Shown here piece by piece: positions 9,438 to 17,231 of a stretch of 32,000 bases of DNA. Source of the stretch: Nitrospira sp. CR1.3. Lineage in GTDB: Bacteria > Nitrospirota > Nitrospiria > Nitrospirales > Nitrospiraceae. The stretch covers positions 38,104 to 70,103 of the forward strand of contig WIAH01000006.1 in NCBI GenBank assembly GCA_014055525.1, in the 5' to 3' direction. Under the pieces are notes generated by a model. That model saw nothing but the letters and a program-made list of their open reading frames with translations, did no database searches and was not told where the DNA came from. The position numbers were made by a program, and so were the translations under genes. Position 1 is the stretch's first letter, and every line of letters begins with the position of its first letter.

Positions 9438-11780
9438 TCAGTCGTTGCTGTGGAGGGAGAGGAACTGCTCGATAGTCATCCCGATCGGAGAATTGCCGTC
9501 AAACCTGGTGCCGAGCCTCCCCTTCTGAAAATGAGCCAGGATCGAAGGATAGGCTTCAGGGCGGAAGGGAACATACCGCACTTCCAAGACCAGTTGCGGC
9601 GCTTGCGCCAGGTAATATTCTACGAAACGCCTGATGTCGCCGTCGACGGCTGATCGCTGGTTCACGTAGATGAACATGGGCCGGGAGAGGGGCCGGTATT
9701 GACCAGAAACGACGTTTTCTTTGGACGGGAGAATCGGCCCTTCCCCCGCGTCGATGGCCAGCGCCTTGAGGCGCCGCCGGTTCGGCTCGAGATAGGCAAA
9801 CGGCACATAGCCGAGCGCCAGGCGGCTATCGGCAATGGCATCGACAAGGACGTTGTCGTCTTCGCTGCCGGTATAATCTGCGCGACTCGCTTTGGCTTTG
9901 CCCACGACCGCTTCCGTGAAGTAATCGAAACTTCCCGAGTCGGGTCCGGCGCCGAACAGCCTGAGGGGGGCGGAGGGCCAATCACGCCGGACCTGGTTCC
10001 AGGACATGACCTTGTGGTGCGCCGCCGGTTCCCACATGACTTTCAATTCCGCCAGCGTGAGGGATTCGGCCCAGGAATTGCTCGAGCTGACGACGACGGA
10101 CAGCGCATCGTAGGCCACGGGAAGCTCAAAAAACTGCACGCCGTTGGCGCGGCACTGGTCCAGTTCCGCCAGGGTGATCGGCCGTGAGGCGTCCTGGATG
10201 TCGATCTCGCCGCGACAAAATTTCTGAAAACCGCCTCCTGTCCCTGAGATACCGACCGACACGCGAATGGCGCCCCCGATTGCGTCTTCATAGCCTACTG
10301 CCACTCGTGCGGAAAGAGGGTACACCGTGCTGGAGCCGTCGATCTTGATCAGCGGCAGATACAGGCGAGGCGCGCCTTTCTGTTCGGCGGACGCGACCGG
10401 CGCGGTTCCCGCCGAGGCTGGATGATCCGGTGAGACGCCGATCCCAGGTGATCTGGCATATTGGGCCGCCGTATATCCGCGAGCATCCATCGCATCGGCT
10501 GACGCTCCCCGCTGTAGCAGCAGGCGGCGGATGGAATCGTATCCATAGAACGCGGCAGCGTGTAGCGGGGTGACCCCTTGCGCGTCCGCGACGTTGGCTT
10601 GGGCGCCGCGGTCCAGCAACGCGAGCGCGAGCGATTCGCGGCCGTGAAAGGTCGCCAGGTGCAACGGGGTCCAGCGCTTGCGGTCCCGCGCATTGACGTC
10701 GGCGCCGCGGTCCAACAAGAGCCGGACGACCGCCTCGTGTCCCCGTCCCGCCGGTTCATGCAACGGCGTGCGTCCTTCGCCGTCCATCGCGCCGACCGAC
10801 GCGCCATGCTCCAGCAGCAGACGAACCACGGATCCTTGCCCAAGCTCGGCGGCGAGATGGAGCGGCGACTTGCCTCGCCGGTCCCTGATCTCACGACCGG
10901 CGCCCCCTTCGAGGAGCAACCGGATTACGGGCAGGTGAGTGTGGAGGACCGCCTCATGCAGTGGAGTGAGACCCTCGCTCGTGCGGGCATTAATGAGGGC
11001 GCCTCGATGCAGGAGGAGCCGGATCAATTCGGCATCCCCTTCCTGGGCCGCAATGTGGAGCGGGGTCGCGCCGCTGCTCAACAGGCTGTGCGGGGAGGCG
11101 CCGCGGTCCAGCAAGAGCCTGGCGACGGCCAACTGTCCCTTGGCGTCGTTGAAGAGCCGGCGGGTGCCCTTGGCGGTCATGTGGAGCGGGGTATGGCCCT
11201 CCTTCCCCGCCGCGTTGACGTTTGCACCCGCGTCCAGAAGTAAGGGAGCCACGACGTCCGCGCCCCAGATTGCCGCGATCTGGAGGGGAGTCAACGTTTC
11301 GTCATTCCTTGCCTGGACACTGGCGCCTCGCTCGATCAAGGCGCGGGTCGCCTCTCCCGCGTTCCATTCGGCGGCGAGATGAAGGGGAGTACCGCCGGAG
11401 CGATCGCGCGCCTCCACTTGCGCTCCGCGATCCAGCAACAGCTTCACGATCGCCGTCTGGTTTTCCTTCGCGGCGACGTGGAGGGGCGTATGCCCTTCAA
11501 GATCGACCGCTTCGATTGGAGCCCCACGGTTGAGCAGGACCGAGACAGCGGTCTCACGCCCCCAACGTGACGACACGTGCAACGCCGTTTGACCCTCTCG
11601 ATCCGAAACGGCAACCGGGAGGCCGCGATCGAGAAGCCGGTTGATCTGATCGACGTCGCCTTGTTTAGCTGCGAGCATGAGATGATCGGGGGAGGGGCGG
11701 CAGGATGCCAACAACAGGGCGTACCCCATCGTGGTCAGAACCGTGTATGCCGACAAGGCTGGCGAAGTTGAGGAGCCCAT
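9438..11780 (-). CDS. Predicted exported lipoprotein: about 12-13 ankyrin repeats fused to a PstS/SphX-type phosphate-binding domain
   Basis: 780 aa in one frame. Lipobox-like YALLLASC; ~33-aa repeats such as GHTPLHVAAKENQTAIVKLLLDRGAQVEARDRS; then IKIDGSSTVYPLSARVAVGYE...VGISGTGGGFQKFCRGEIDIQDASRPI...FGAGPDSGSFDYFTEAVVG...IADSRLALGYVPFAY. Confidence 0.92.
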   Translation of the reverse strand: MGSSTSPALSAYTVLTTMGYALLLASCRPSPDHLMLAAKQGDVDQINRLLDRGLPVAVSDREGQTALHVSSRWGRETAVSVLLNRGAPIEAVDLEGHTPLHVAAKENQTAIVKLLLDRGAQVEARDRSGGTPLHLAAEWNAGEATRALIERGASVQARNDETLTPLQIAAIWGADVVAPLLLDAGANVNAAGKEGHTPLHMTAKGTRRLFNDAKGQLAVARLLLDRGASPHSLLSSGATPLHIAAQEGDAELIRLLLHRGALINARTSEGLTPLHEAVLHTHLPVIRLLLEGGAGREIRDRRGKSPLHLAAELGQGSVVRLLLEHGASVGAMDGEGRTPLHEPAGRGHEAVVRLLLDRGADVNARDRKRWTPLHLATFHGRESLALALLDRGAQANVADAQGVTPLHAAAFYGYDSIRRLLLQRGASADAMDARGYTAAQYARSPGIGVSPDHPASAGTAPVASAEQKGAPRLYLPLIKIDGSSTVYPLSARVAVGYEDAIGGAIRVSVGISGTGGGFQKFCRGEIDIQDASRPITLAELDQCRANGVQFFELPVAYDALSVVVSSSNSWAESLTLAELKVMWEPAAHHKVMSWNQVRRDWPSAPLRLFGAGPDSGSFDYFTEAVVGKAKASRADYTGSEDDNVLVDAIADSRLALGYVPFAYLEPNRRRLKALAIDAGEGPILPSKENVVSGQYRPLSRPMFIYVNQRSAVDGDIRRFVEYYLAQAPQLVLEVRYVPFRPEAYPSILAHFQKGRLGTRFDGNSPIGMTIEQFLSLHSND
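10420..11700 (-). repeat. Tandem array of ~99-bp units encoding ankyrin repeats
   Basis: Repeated codon-level pattern for G-TPLH-AA---------LLL-RGA-V-A-D; one unit is longer (GHTPLHMTAKGTRRLFNDAKGQLAVARLLLDRGASPHSLLSS). Boundaries approximate. Confidence 0.85.
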
Positions 11781-11920
11781 TGTTGGCCTCTCGCCGTGCC
11801 TCCCGCCTGTCCAGGATGGTGGGGGATCCGAAAGGGGGAACTAGGATGAGGCTACCTGATTATCGGCAGGTTTGTACTGTCTCAATATTGTGTTACGTTT
11901 GATGCCGGCGGGCTGTTCGA

Positions 11921-12109
11921 TTGAAGGTGAGCCTTGCTCGCCTGAAAGGGGATTCTCTACCTGTAAAAACAGCGCGTTATGAGAAGCATATTCTGGTTCC
12001 TAATAAGCCCTGGGTTGAACATAACTTACCGCTGGACCTTCTTGTGCTGGACCACTACACTGCCTCCGGTGACGCGGTTAGCACCGCAGTTCTTGAGTTG
12101 ACCTCATGA
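11921..12109 (+). CDS. Small hypothetical ORF (62 aa), possibly translationally coupled to the next gene
   Basis: TTG-start ORF whose TGA overlaps the next ATG (ATGA). No recognised family. Confidence 0.3.
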   Translation: MKVSLARLKGDSLPVKTARYEKHILVPNKPWVEHNLPLDLLVLDHYTASGDAVSTAVLELTS

Positions 12110-12465
12110 AGTACAACCATGACCGATTAGTCCAGGCGAAGCGAACGATTGCGCTGGTCAGCGCCTGTTCGATTTCAGCCGATCGGGCGATGGAAGCGGC
12201 CCGCTCGATCATCGGCGGGACGGTCTTCGATGTGAGGCTGAAGGAAGTGGAGCGCCGAGTGGTCTGGAGAGTGAAGCTGCTGAGAGACGGCGAGCGGGTC
12301 AAAGTGTATGTCGATGCCGGGTCCGGCAGAATCCTGGACGCGAAGGCCGAAATCGCCGTAGCGGAGCCTTACCACGGCACATCTCCTGAAACTCTCATTG
12401 GCGGGCACCAGCCAGCGCCACCCCACTCCCAATTCGAGCCCGACAGCCTCTCGACGCCCCCCTGA
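12106..12465 (+). CDS. PepSY-like domain protein
   Basis: 119 aa; AMEAARSIIGGTVFDVRLKEVERRVVWRVKLLRDGERVKVYVDAGSGRILDAKAE matches the PepSY pattern. Confidence 0.65.
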   Translation: MKYNHDRLVQAKRTIALVSACSISADRAMEAARSIIGGTVFDVRLKEVERRVVWRVKLLRDGERVKVYVDAGSGRILDAKAEIAVAEPYHGTSPETLIGGHQPAPPHSQFEPDSLSTPP

Positions 12466-12703
12466 CTCTTCCACGAACGTCGCGTTATCGGAAAACCGCT
12501 GAGCCGCTCACATCTTGCTCCGCTGCTCCACATGCGGACACCGTGGCCACGTCGTCGTCGGTGGCACCGGTTTACGCAAGGGTTTTCCTTGTCGTTCCGT
12601 GACATCCCGCTCAATTAACCCACTGTTCGCTTAATATTTACCCCCCTGTAACGTCGGTCGGCGAAGCTAGTGGAGGAGCTCTTGTGCCTGATGAAAGGAC
12701 GGC

Positions 12704-13621
12704 ATGCATACGGGGAAACTCTCTCAATTGCAGGAATTCTGGAAAGAAGTCAGCACGCTGGCCTTTCACGGAGTCGTCGTAGTGCTCAGCGCGACCATTG
12801 CCTGGTCTCTGCCGGCTATTGCCCGGCAGTTTTTGGTGTTGTGGTCGCGGGTTGAACACGAACAAATGCTCCTATTGAGCGTGGAGGTCGCGGTTGCCCT
12901 CTTGCTGATCATGATTTCCAACTACCTGTGGCGGGCTTTTCAGGACCGGCGCCAAGCCGGCATGGCCAAGGGGGCGGGGCTGGTCTCGTTCTTCCCCTTG
13001 CACGATCCGGGCGCCGGCCGAAAAATTCGGCAGCTCAAACAACAGCAGAGTCTGGGTCGGACTGTCCTGGCCATCGGCGTGACCGGCCATGGAACGGTCG
13101 TGGACGACAAGGCGGAGTTGCACGCCTTGCTGGAGACCTGTCTTGAAGCGAAGTTGATCCTGCTCAATCCGTTGTCTGAGGAAGCGGCCCGTCGTGCTCA
13201 ATCGCTTTCGCATCCCGACATTACGCCGCTGCGATTCCGGCAGGAGCTGCAAGAGACCATCGCGCTCATCAAGCGCTTTCGCGCCAACGGCAAGGTGATT
13301 CGTCTGAAGCTGTATTCCGACCGGCCGCACCTTCGCATGGTCATTCTCGGCGACTACCTGTGGCTCCAGCATTACCACACCGGCCTCGACATTCGGTGGA
13401 TGCCGGAATATGTCTTTCAGCACAATGTGGACCATCATGGCCTCTACACGCTGTTCTATCAATATTTCACCAAACGGTGGGAGAACCAGGACATCCCAGA
13501 ATACGACTTTCAAACCGACGAATTAGTCTATCGGGCGCGCAGCGGCAGCGAACTGCGGCGTGACTCGCTCGATCTCGGCGGATCTGAGCTGTGGACGACG
13601 TCGGGCTTGTCGGTCGCCTGA
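12704..13621 (+). CDS. Hypothetical membrane-anchored protein with C-terminal soluble domain
   Basis: 305 aa; two predicted N-terminal TM segments (GVVVVLSATIAWSLPAIA; LLLSVEVAVALLLIMISNYLW) and a conserved-looking C-terminal domain (RLKLYSDRPHLRMVILGDYLWLQHYHTG). Confidence 0.7.
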   Translation: MHTGKLSQLQEFWKEVSTLAFHGVVVVLSATIAWSLPAIARQFLVLWSRVEHEQMLLLSVEVAVALLLIMISNYLWRAFQDRRQAGMAKGAGLVSFFPLHDPGAGRKIRQLKQQQSLGRTVLAIGVTGHGTVVDDKAELHALLETCLEAKLILLNPLSEEAARRAQSLSHPDITPLRFRQELQETIALIKRFRANGKVIRLKLYSDRPHLRMVILGDYLWLQHYHTGLDIRWMPEYVFQHNVDHHGLYTLFYQYFTKRWENQDIPEYDFQTDELVYRARSGSELRRDSLDLGGSELWTTSGLSVA

Positions 13622-13660
13622 TCCACGCCGGCGCGAAGCCTGAATGGGAGCGACAAGGGC

Positions 13661-14407
13661 ATGACAAATTTCACAGCGAGGATAGATCAGCTCAAGGCGA
13701 TCATTTTCGATTTCGACGGAGTGCTGGCCGATACCGAGCCGGTTCACTTTCGCATGTTCAGACAAGTCCTGTTCGAGGAAGGGATCGAGTTGAAACTCGA
13801 GGATTATGAGCGGCGGTACATCGGCCTCACCGATGAGGCCTGTTTGAGAGCGGTGATGCGGGCCGGCGGGCGCTCCGTGACCACCGACGCAGTGAAACGA
13901 CTTGCGTCCAGGAAGACCACCTTGACGCAGGAAGCGTTGTCGCGAGAGACGGTTCTCATGCCGGGCGTCGAAGACTTCCTTCAGGCGGCCGGCCGGTCCT
14001 ATCGCTTGGCGATCGCCTCGGGCGCGCTCCGCCGCGAAATTGAAGTGGTGTTGGAGGGCGCCGGTCTACGCTCTCTGTTCGAGCACATCAGCTCCGCGGA
14101 GGACGTTCCGCAAGGAAAGTCGCAACCGGATCTCTATCTCCATGCGCTCGACCGACTGAACGCCGTGGAGCCGCTGCTCGCGTCGGAATGCCTGGCGATC
14201 GAAGATTCCGGATTCGGCATCGCTGCCGCGCAAGGCGCCGGCCTCCGCTGCCTGGCGGTGGCCTCTTCGCTTGATCCACTCTGTCTCGGCGAGGCCGATG
14301 CCGTTGTCGTGCGACTGGCCGAGTGCGATCTCTCGACCCTGGTCCGACACTTCTGGCCGCTCTCGTCCACCGGCTCGTTTCCGCGGCTCTTAAGCGCGTT
14401 TCCGTAG
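13661..14407 (+). CDS. HAD-superfamily hydrolase, beta-phosphoglucomutase-like
   Basis: KAIIFDFDGVLADTEPVHFRMFRQ, LAIASGALRREIEVVLE, GKSQPDLYLHAL, AIEDSGFGIAAAQGAGLRCLAV. Confidence 0.9.
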   Translation: MTNFTARIDQLKAIIFDFDGVLADTEPVHFRMFRQVLFEEGIELKLEDYERRYIGLTDEACLRAVMRAGGRSVTTDAVKRLASRKTTLTQEALSRETVLMPGVEDFLQAAGRSYRLAIASGALRREIEVVLEGAGLRSLFEHISSAEDVPQGKSQPDLYLHALDRLNAVEPLLASECLAIEDSGFGIAAAQGAGLRCLAVASSLDPLCLGEADAVVVRLAECDLSTLVRHFWPLSSTGSFPRLLSAFP

Positions 14408-14493
14408 TGGCGTCCGATTCGCGAATGATCGAATTCAACCAGCGCGACACCGGATCTCGCTTCATTCAAGGGTGTTGACCGGGAACCACTCCG

Positions 14494-14958
14494 TCAAGGC
14501 GTGCAGGGTTTATGACTTCCTTGTGTCGTTAAGGCTCGCATGAGTTTGACTGATCCACCTTTCGCGTTTTCCGCTAAGTGTTCGTCGCCGATGCGGAGGT
14601 ACCACGACCGCCCTTCGGCGGTCGCGCCGTCCGGCGACAATCGCACCTCGAACCCTCCGTCCCGATCGTTGCCGGGCTGGCGCCAATTCCCGCGCCAGAC
14701 CGTTCCATCGAAGGATAACGTTTCGAGCGATCCCTGTTGCCACTCATACGTCCCGAACCCGAGCACGTCCACGGTCAACGGCACGACGATTCCCCCTTCC
14801 TCGACTTCCCATTCTCCGGCCAAATCGGACAGGGCTAAACCGGCACATGGTTTTCCCGAGGGCAATCCGTCGGCGATGGAAGACGGCGCCGCGCACCCGG
14901 CCAGACTGAGCAACATGAGCCCAAGTCCACCGTGGCAGAGGGCCTGCTGGAAGGTCAT
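14494..14958 (-). CDS. Hypothetical lipoprotein
   Basis: 154 aa; lipobox-like LSLAGCAAP; body GEWEVEEGGIVVPLTVDVLGFGTYEWQQGSLETLSFDGTVWRGNW. Confidence 0.6.
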   Translation of the reverse strand: MTFQQALCHGGLGLMLLSLAGCAAPSSIADGLPSGKPCAGLALSDLAGEWEVEEGGIVVPLTVDVLGFGTYEWQQGSLETLSFDGTVWRGNWRQPGNDRDGGFEVRLSPDGATAEGRSWYLRIGDEHLAENAKGGSVKLMRALTTQGSHKPCTP

Positions 14959-15045
14959 CGAGGCGATGTCATGCGGGGTTTCTCTTCTTTGTACGAACGA
15001 TACCTCTCACCCGTTACGCCCAGATGAATAGTGGTCGCGGCGCGG

Positions 15046-15064
15046 CGTTAAATCTTCGTTACGA
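15046..15064. promoter_or_regulatory. Candidate 11-bp-phased direct repeat upstream of GT4 gene
   Basis: CGTTAAAT-CTT-CGTTACGA, ~80 bp upstream of ATG 15146. Confidence 0.35.
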
Positions 15065-15145
15065 GCCGGATTGTCTGTTGACCGATCAGAGCGATGAATT
15101 GAGAATGACGGACAAGTTGCAACGCGCGGCCCTCTCCGGCAACAG

Positions 15146-16159
15146 ATGAGAATCGCGATTGCCACCGACGCGTGGCATCCACAAATCAATGGCGTGGTGC
15201 GGACGCTGAGCCATACTGCCGATCACTTGAAGGATCTCGGACATCAGGTCTCTTTCATCACACCCCAAGATTTTCGAACCTATCCCTGTCCGACCTATCC
15301 CTCGATCCGGTTGGCCGTCTTTCCCAGAGATGGTGTCCGGCGACGGCTGCGAGAGTTTCAACCGCAAGCCATCCATATCGCCACGGAAGGCCCGATCGGC
15401 CATGCGGCGCGATCGTTGTGCCTCACGTGGTCGATCCCCTTTACGACCTCCTACCACACCCAATTCCCGGAGTATGTTCGCGCTCGATTTCCCATTCCCG
15501 TCGCCTGGTCCTACGCCTACTTGCGCCGGTATCACGGGCGAGCGAGCCGCACCATGGTCGCGACCCGATCGATGAAGCAGTGTCTCGAGGAGCGGGGATT
15601 CGGGAATCTGGCGATCTGGGCGAGAGGAGTGGATGCGTCGGTGTTCCATCCCGGTCCGAAGTCATTCTTGCCGGGTCCGCGGCCGATTGCGATGTACATG
15701 GGGCGTGTCGCGGTCGAGAAAAACATTGAAGCGTTTCTCAATCTCGACCTGCCGGGAACGAAGTACGTGGTGGGGGACGGACCGGATCTGGAACGAATGC
15801 GAAACCGGTATCCCGATGTTCGATTCGTCGGGCAGAAAGTCGGAGAAGAACTGGCGTCGCATTTGGCCGCCGCGGACGTCTTCGTATTTCCGAGTCTGAC
15901 CGATACCTTCGGTCTGGTCCTGCTCGAAGCCATGGCCTGCGGGGTGCCGGTCGCGGCCTATCCTGTGACCGGGCCGATCGACGTGGTCGTGAACGGCAAG
16001 ACGGGCGTGCTGGACGCCGACTTGAAGAAGGCCGTGCTCGGGGCAGTGAAACTCGATCCGGCCGATTGCGTGGTCTATGCCAAACAGAACTCCTGGCGCT
16101 ATTGGACGGAGCGCTTCGTGTCGTTGCTGGAGCCGTTCGGGGAGGAGAGATGGACTTGA
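15146..16159 (+). CDS. Glycosyltransferase family 4 protein, Agt-like
   Basis: MRIAIATDAWHPQINGVVRTLSHTADHLKDLGHQVSFITPQDF...TTSYHTQFPEYV...IWARGVDASVFHPG...FVFPSLTDTFGLVLLEAMACGVPVAAYPVTGPIDVV. Confidence 0.9.
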   Translation: MRIAIATDAWHPQINGVVRTLSHTADHLKDLGHQVSFITPQDFRTYPCPTYPSIRLAVFPRDGVRRRLREFQPQAIHIATEGPIGHAARSLCLTWSIPFTTSYHTQFPEYVRARFPIPVAWSYAYLRRYHGRASRTMVATRSMKQCLEERGFGNLAIWARGVDASVFHPGPKSFLPGPRPIAMYMGRVAVEKNIEAFLNLDLPGTKYVVGDGPDLERMRNRYPDVRFVGQKVGEELASHLAAADVFVFPSLTDTFGLVLLEAMACGVPVAAYPVTGPIDVVVNGKTGVLDADLKKAVLGAVKLDPADCVVYAKQNSWRYWTERFVSLLEPFGEERWT

Positions 16160-16396
16160 CAAGCTTCTTGGTATCGGCGTCATAGTCTCCTGTCAGCCAA
16201 ATCTGCTTGCGATCCAACGAACCGTCGATCGTCAACCTGCCCAGGTGCACCTGATCCGGCAGTCGTACGCGTGAAGGGACTGTGTTCCGGGGCGACCGGA
16301 AGGTCTTGTCTTCGCGAAGAGTGGAAATTCATCTCACAAAGGAGTAGTATCCCGCTCCCTTGGATCCGAAGACGGCGTCATGCAGGAGAACCTCCG

Positions 16397-16657
16397 ATGA
16401 CCAAGCTGTTTATTCTCCAAGAGATTAAGCGAACCACACAAGCGAATGGCGGCAGGCCGCTTCGGAAAATACAATTCGAATCTCAAACCGGTATCACTCG
16501 TTTCGATTGGTTCGGTGTGTATTGGGCTCGGTGGAGCGATGCCCTGAGGGAAGCAGGCTGCCAACAGCATCAGATTCGTATGGTATTTAGGCCGGTTCGA
16601 TTGAGATCACTCCCAACCGATCCCTCTCTCTCTTCTCAAACGGCGCAGCGCATCTAG
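16397..16657 (+). CDS. Short protein resembling a homing-endonuclease-associated (HNH_repeat-like) domain; possible remnant
   Basis: 86 aa: MTKLFILQEIKRTTQANGGRPLRKIQFESQTGITRFDWFGVYWARWSDALREAGCQQHQI. No nuclease catalytic domain follows. Confidence 0.5.
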   Translation: MTKLFILQEIKRTTQANGGRPLRKIQFESQTGITRFDWFGVYWARWSDALREAGCQQHQIRMVFRPVRLRSLPTDPSLSSQTAQRI

Positions 16658-16694
16658 CAAGACGTCCAGATCGTTGCGCCGACCTTTTCCGGTG

Positions 16695-17231
16695 CTACTG
16701 TTCCAGGTACGCTCCCAGCGCGTACTGCCCGGTTTGGAGAATGGGCAGGATGTACCAGTCATCGTTCGGAAAGCGGGTGGTCATGAAGAAGCCCCAGATG
16801 GTCAGGGTGGCGCCGACGTATTGAGGATGCGGCGTGAGGGAAAAGGGAAAGCCCTTGCACCAGGGGACGTGATAGCCCAGCTTGTTGCCGTAGAAGACGC
16901 CGATCTTGCCCAGCCTGATAAACACGCCCGCGTTTAGGATTTGACCGATCAATATGAGGAGGCCGCCGGTCACGAACCAGGGTTCGTCTTCGCCGGGGGG
17001 AATGATCGTGCCTCCCCCGTACAGGTAGCACCAGCCCAGGAACACGGCGAGCTGCAGGGTTTTGAAACAGAAGAAAAAGTTCCGCAGCACGTCCACCGGC
17101 TCGCCAAAGACGGCAAGAGCCGTTCGCGAGCAGAATCGACGGAACGATTCCGAATCATACCAGACCCATGCGTACCAGATCCGCTCCAGGCTCAAGGCGC
17201 CGGCAGCCGCCAGCAGACTCCAGCCCGTCAT
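16695..17231 (-). CDS. PEMT/ICMT-like membrane methyltransferase
   Basis: 178 aa from an internal ATG overlapping the upstream stop; hydrophobic segments; LIGQILNAGVFIRLGKIGVFYGNKLGYHVPWCKGFPFSLTPHPQYVGATLTIWGFF. The 275-aa track ORF is N-terminally overextended. Confidence 0.75.
   Translation of the reverse strand: MTGWSLLAAAGALSLERIWYAWVWYDSESFRRFCSRTALAVFGEPVDVLRNFFFCFKTLQLAVFLGWCYLYGGGTIIPPGEDEPWFVTGGLLILIGQILNAGVFIRLGKIGVFYGNKLGYHVPWCKGFPFSLTPHPQYVGATLTIWGFFMTTRFPNDDWYILPILQTGQYALGAYLEQ

Noticed and set aside
10349-11243. Out-of-frame ORFs with internal repeat pattern inside the ankyrin region (10349..10894 -, 10578..11243 +)
   Set aside because: Their periodicity is a by-product of the ~99-bp ankyrin-coding repeats read in the wrong frames.
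10420-11700. Regular repeats considered as a CRISPR array
   Set aside because: Repeats are ~99 bp, continuous and coding, with no unique spacers and no cas genes nearby.
12175-12474. 99-aa minus-strand ORF opposite the PepSY gene
   Set aside because: Antisense shadow; the plus-strand ORF has the better family match.
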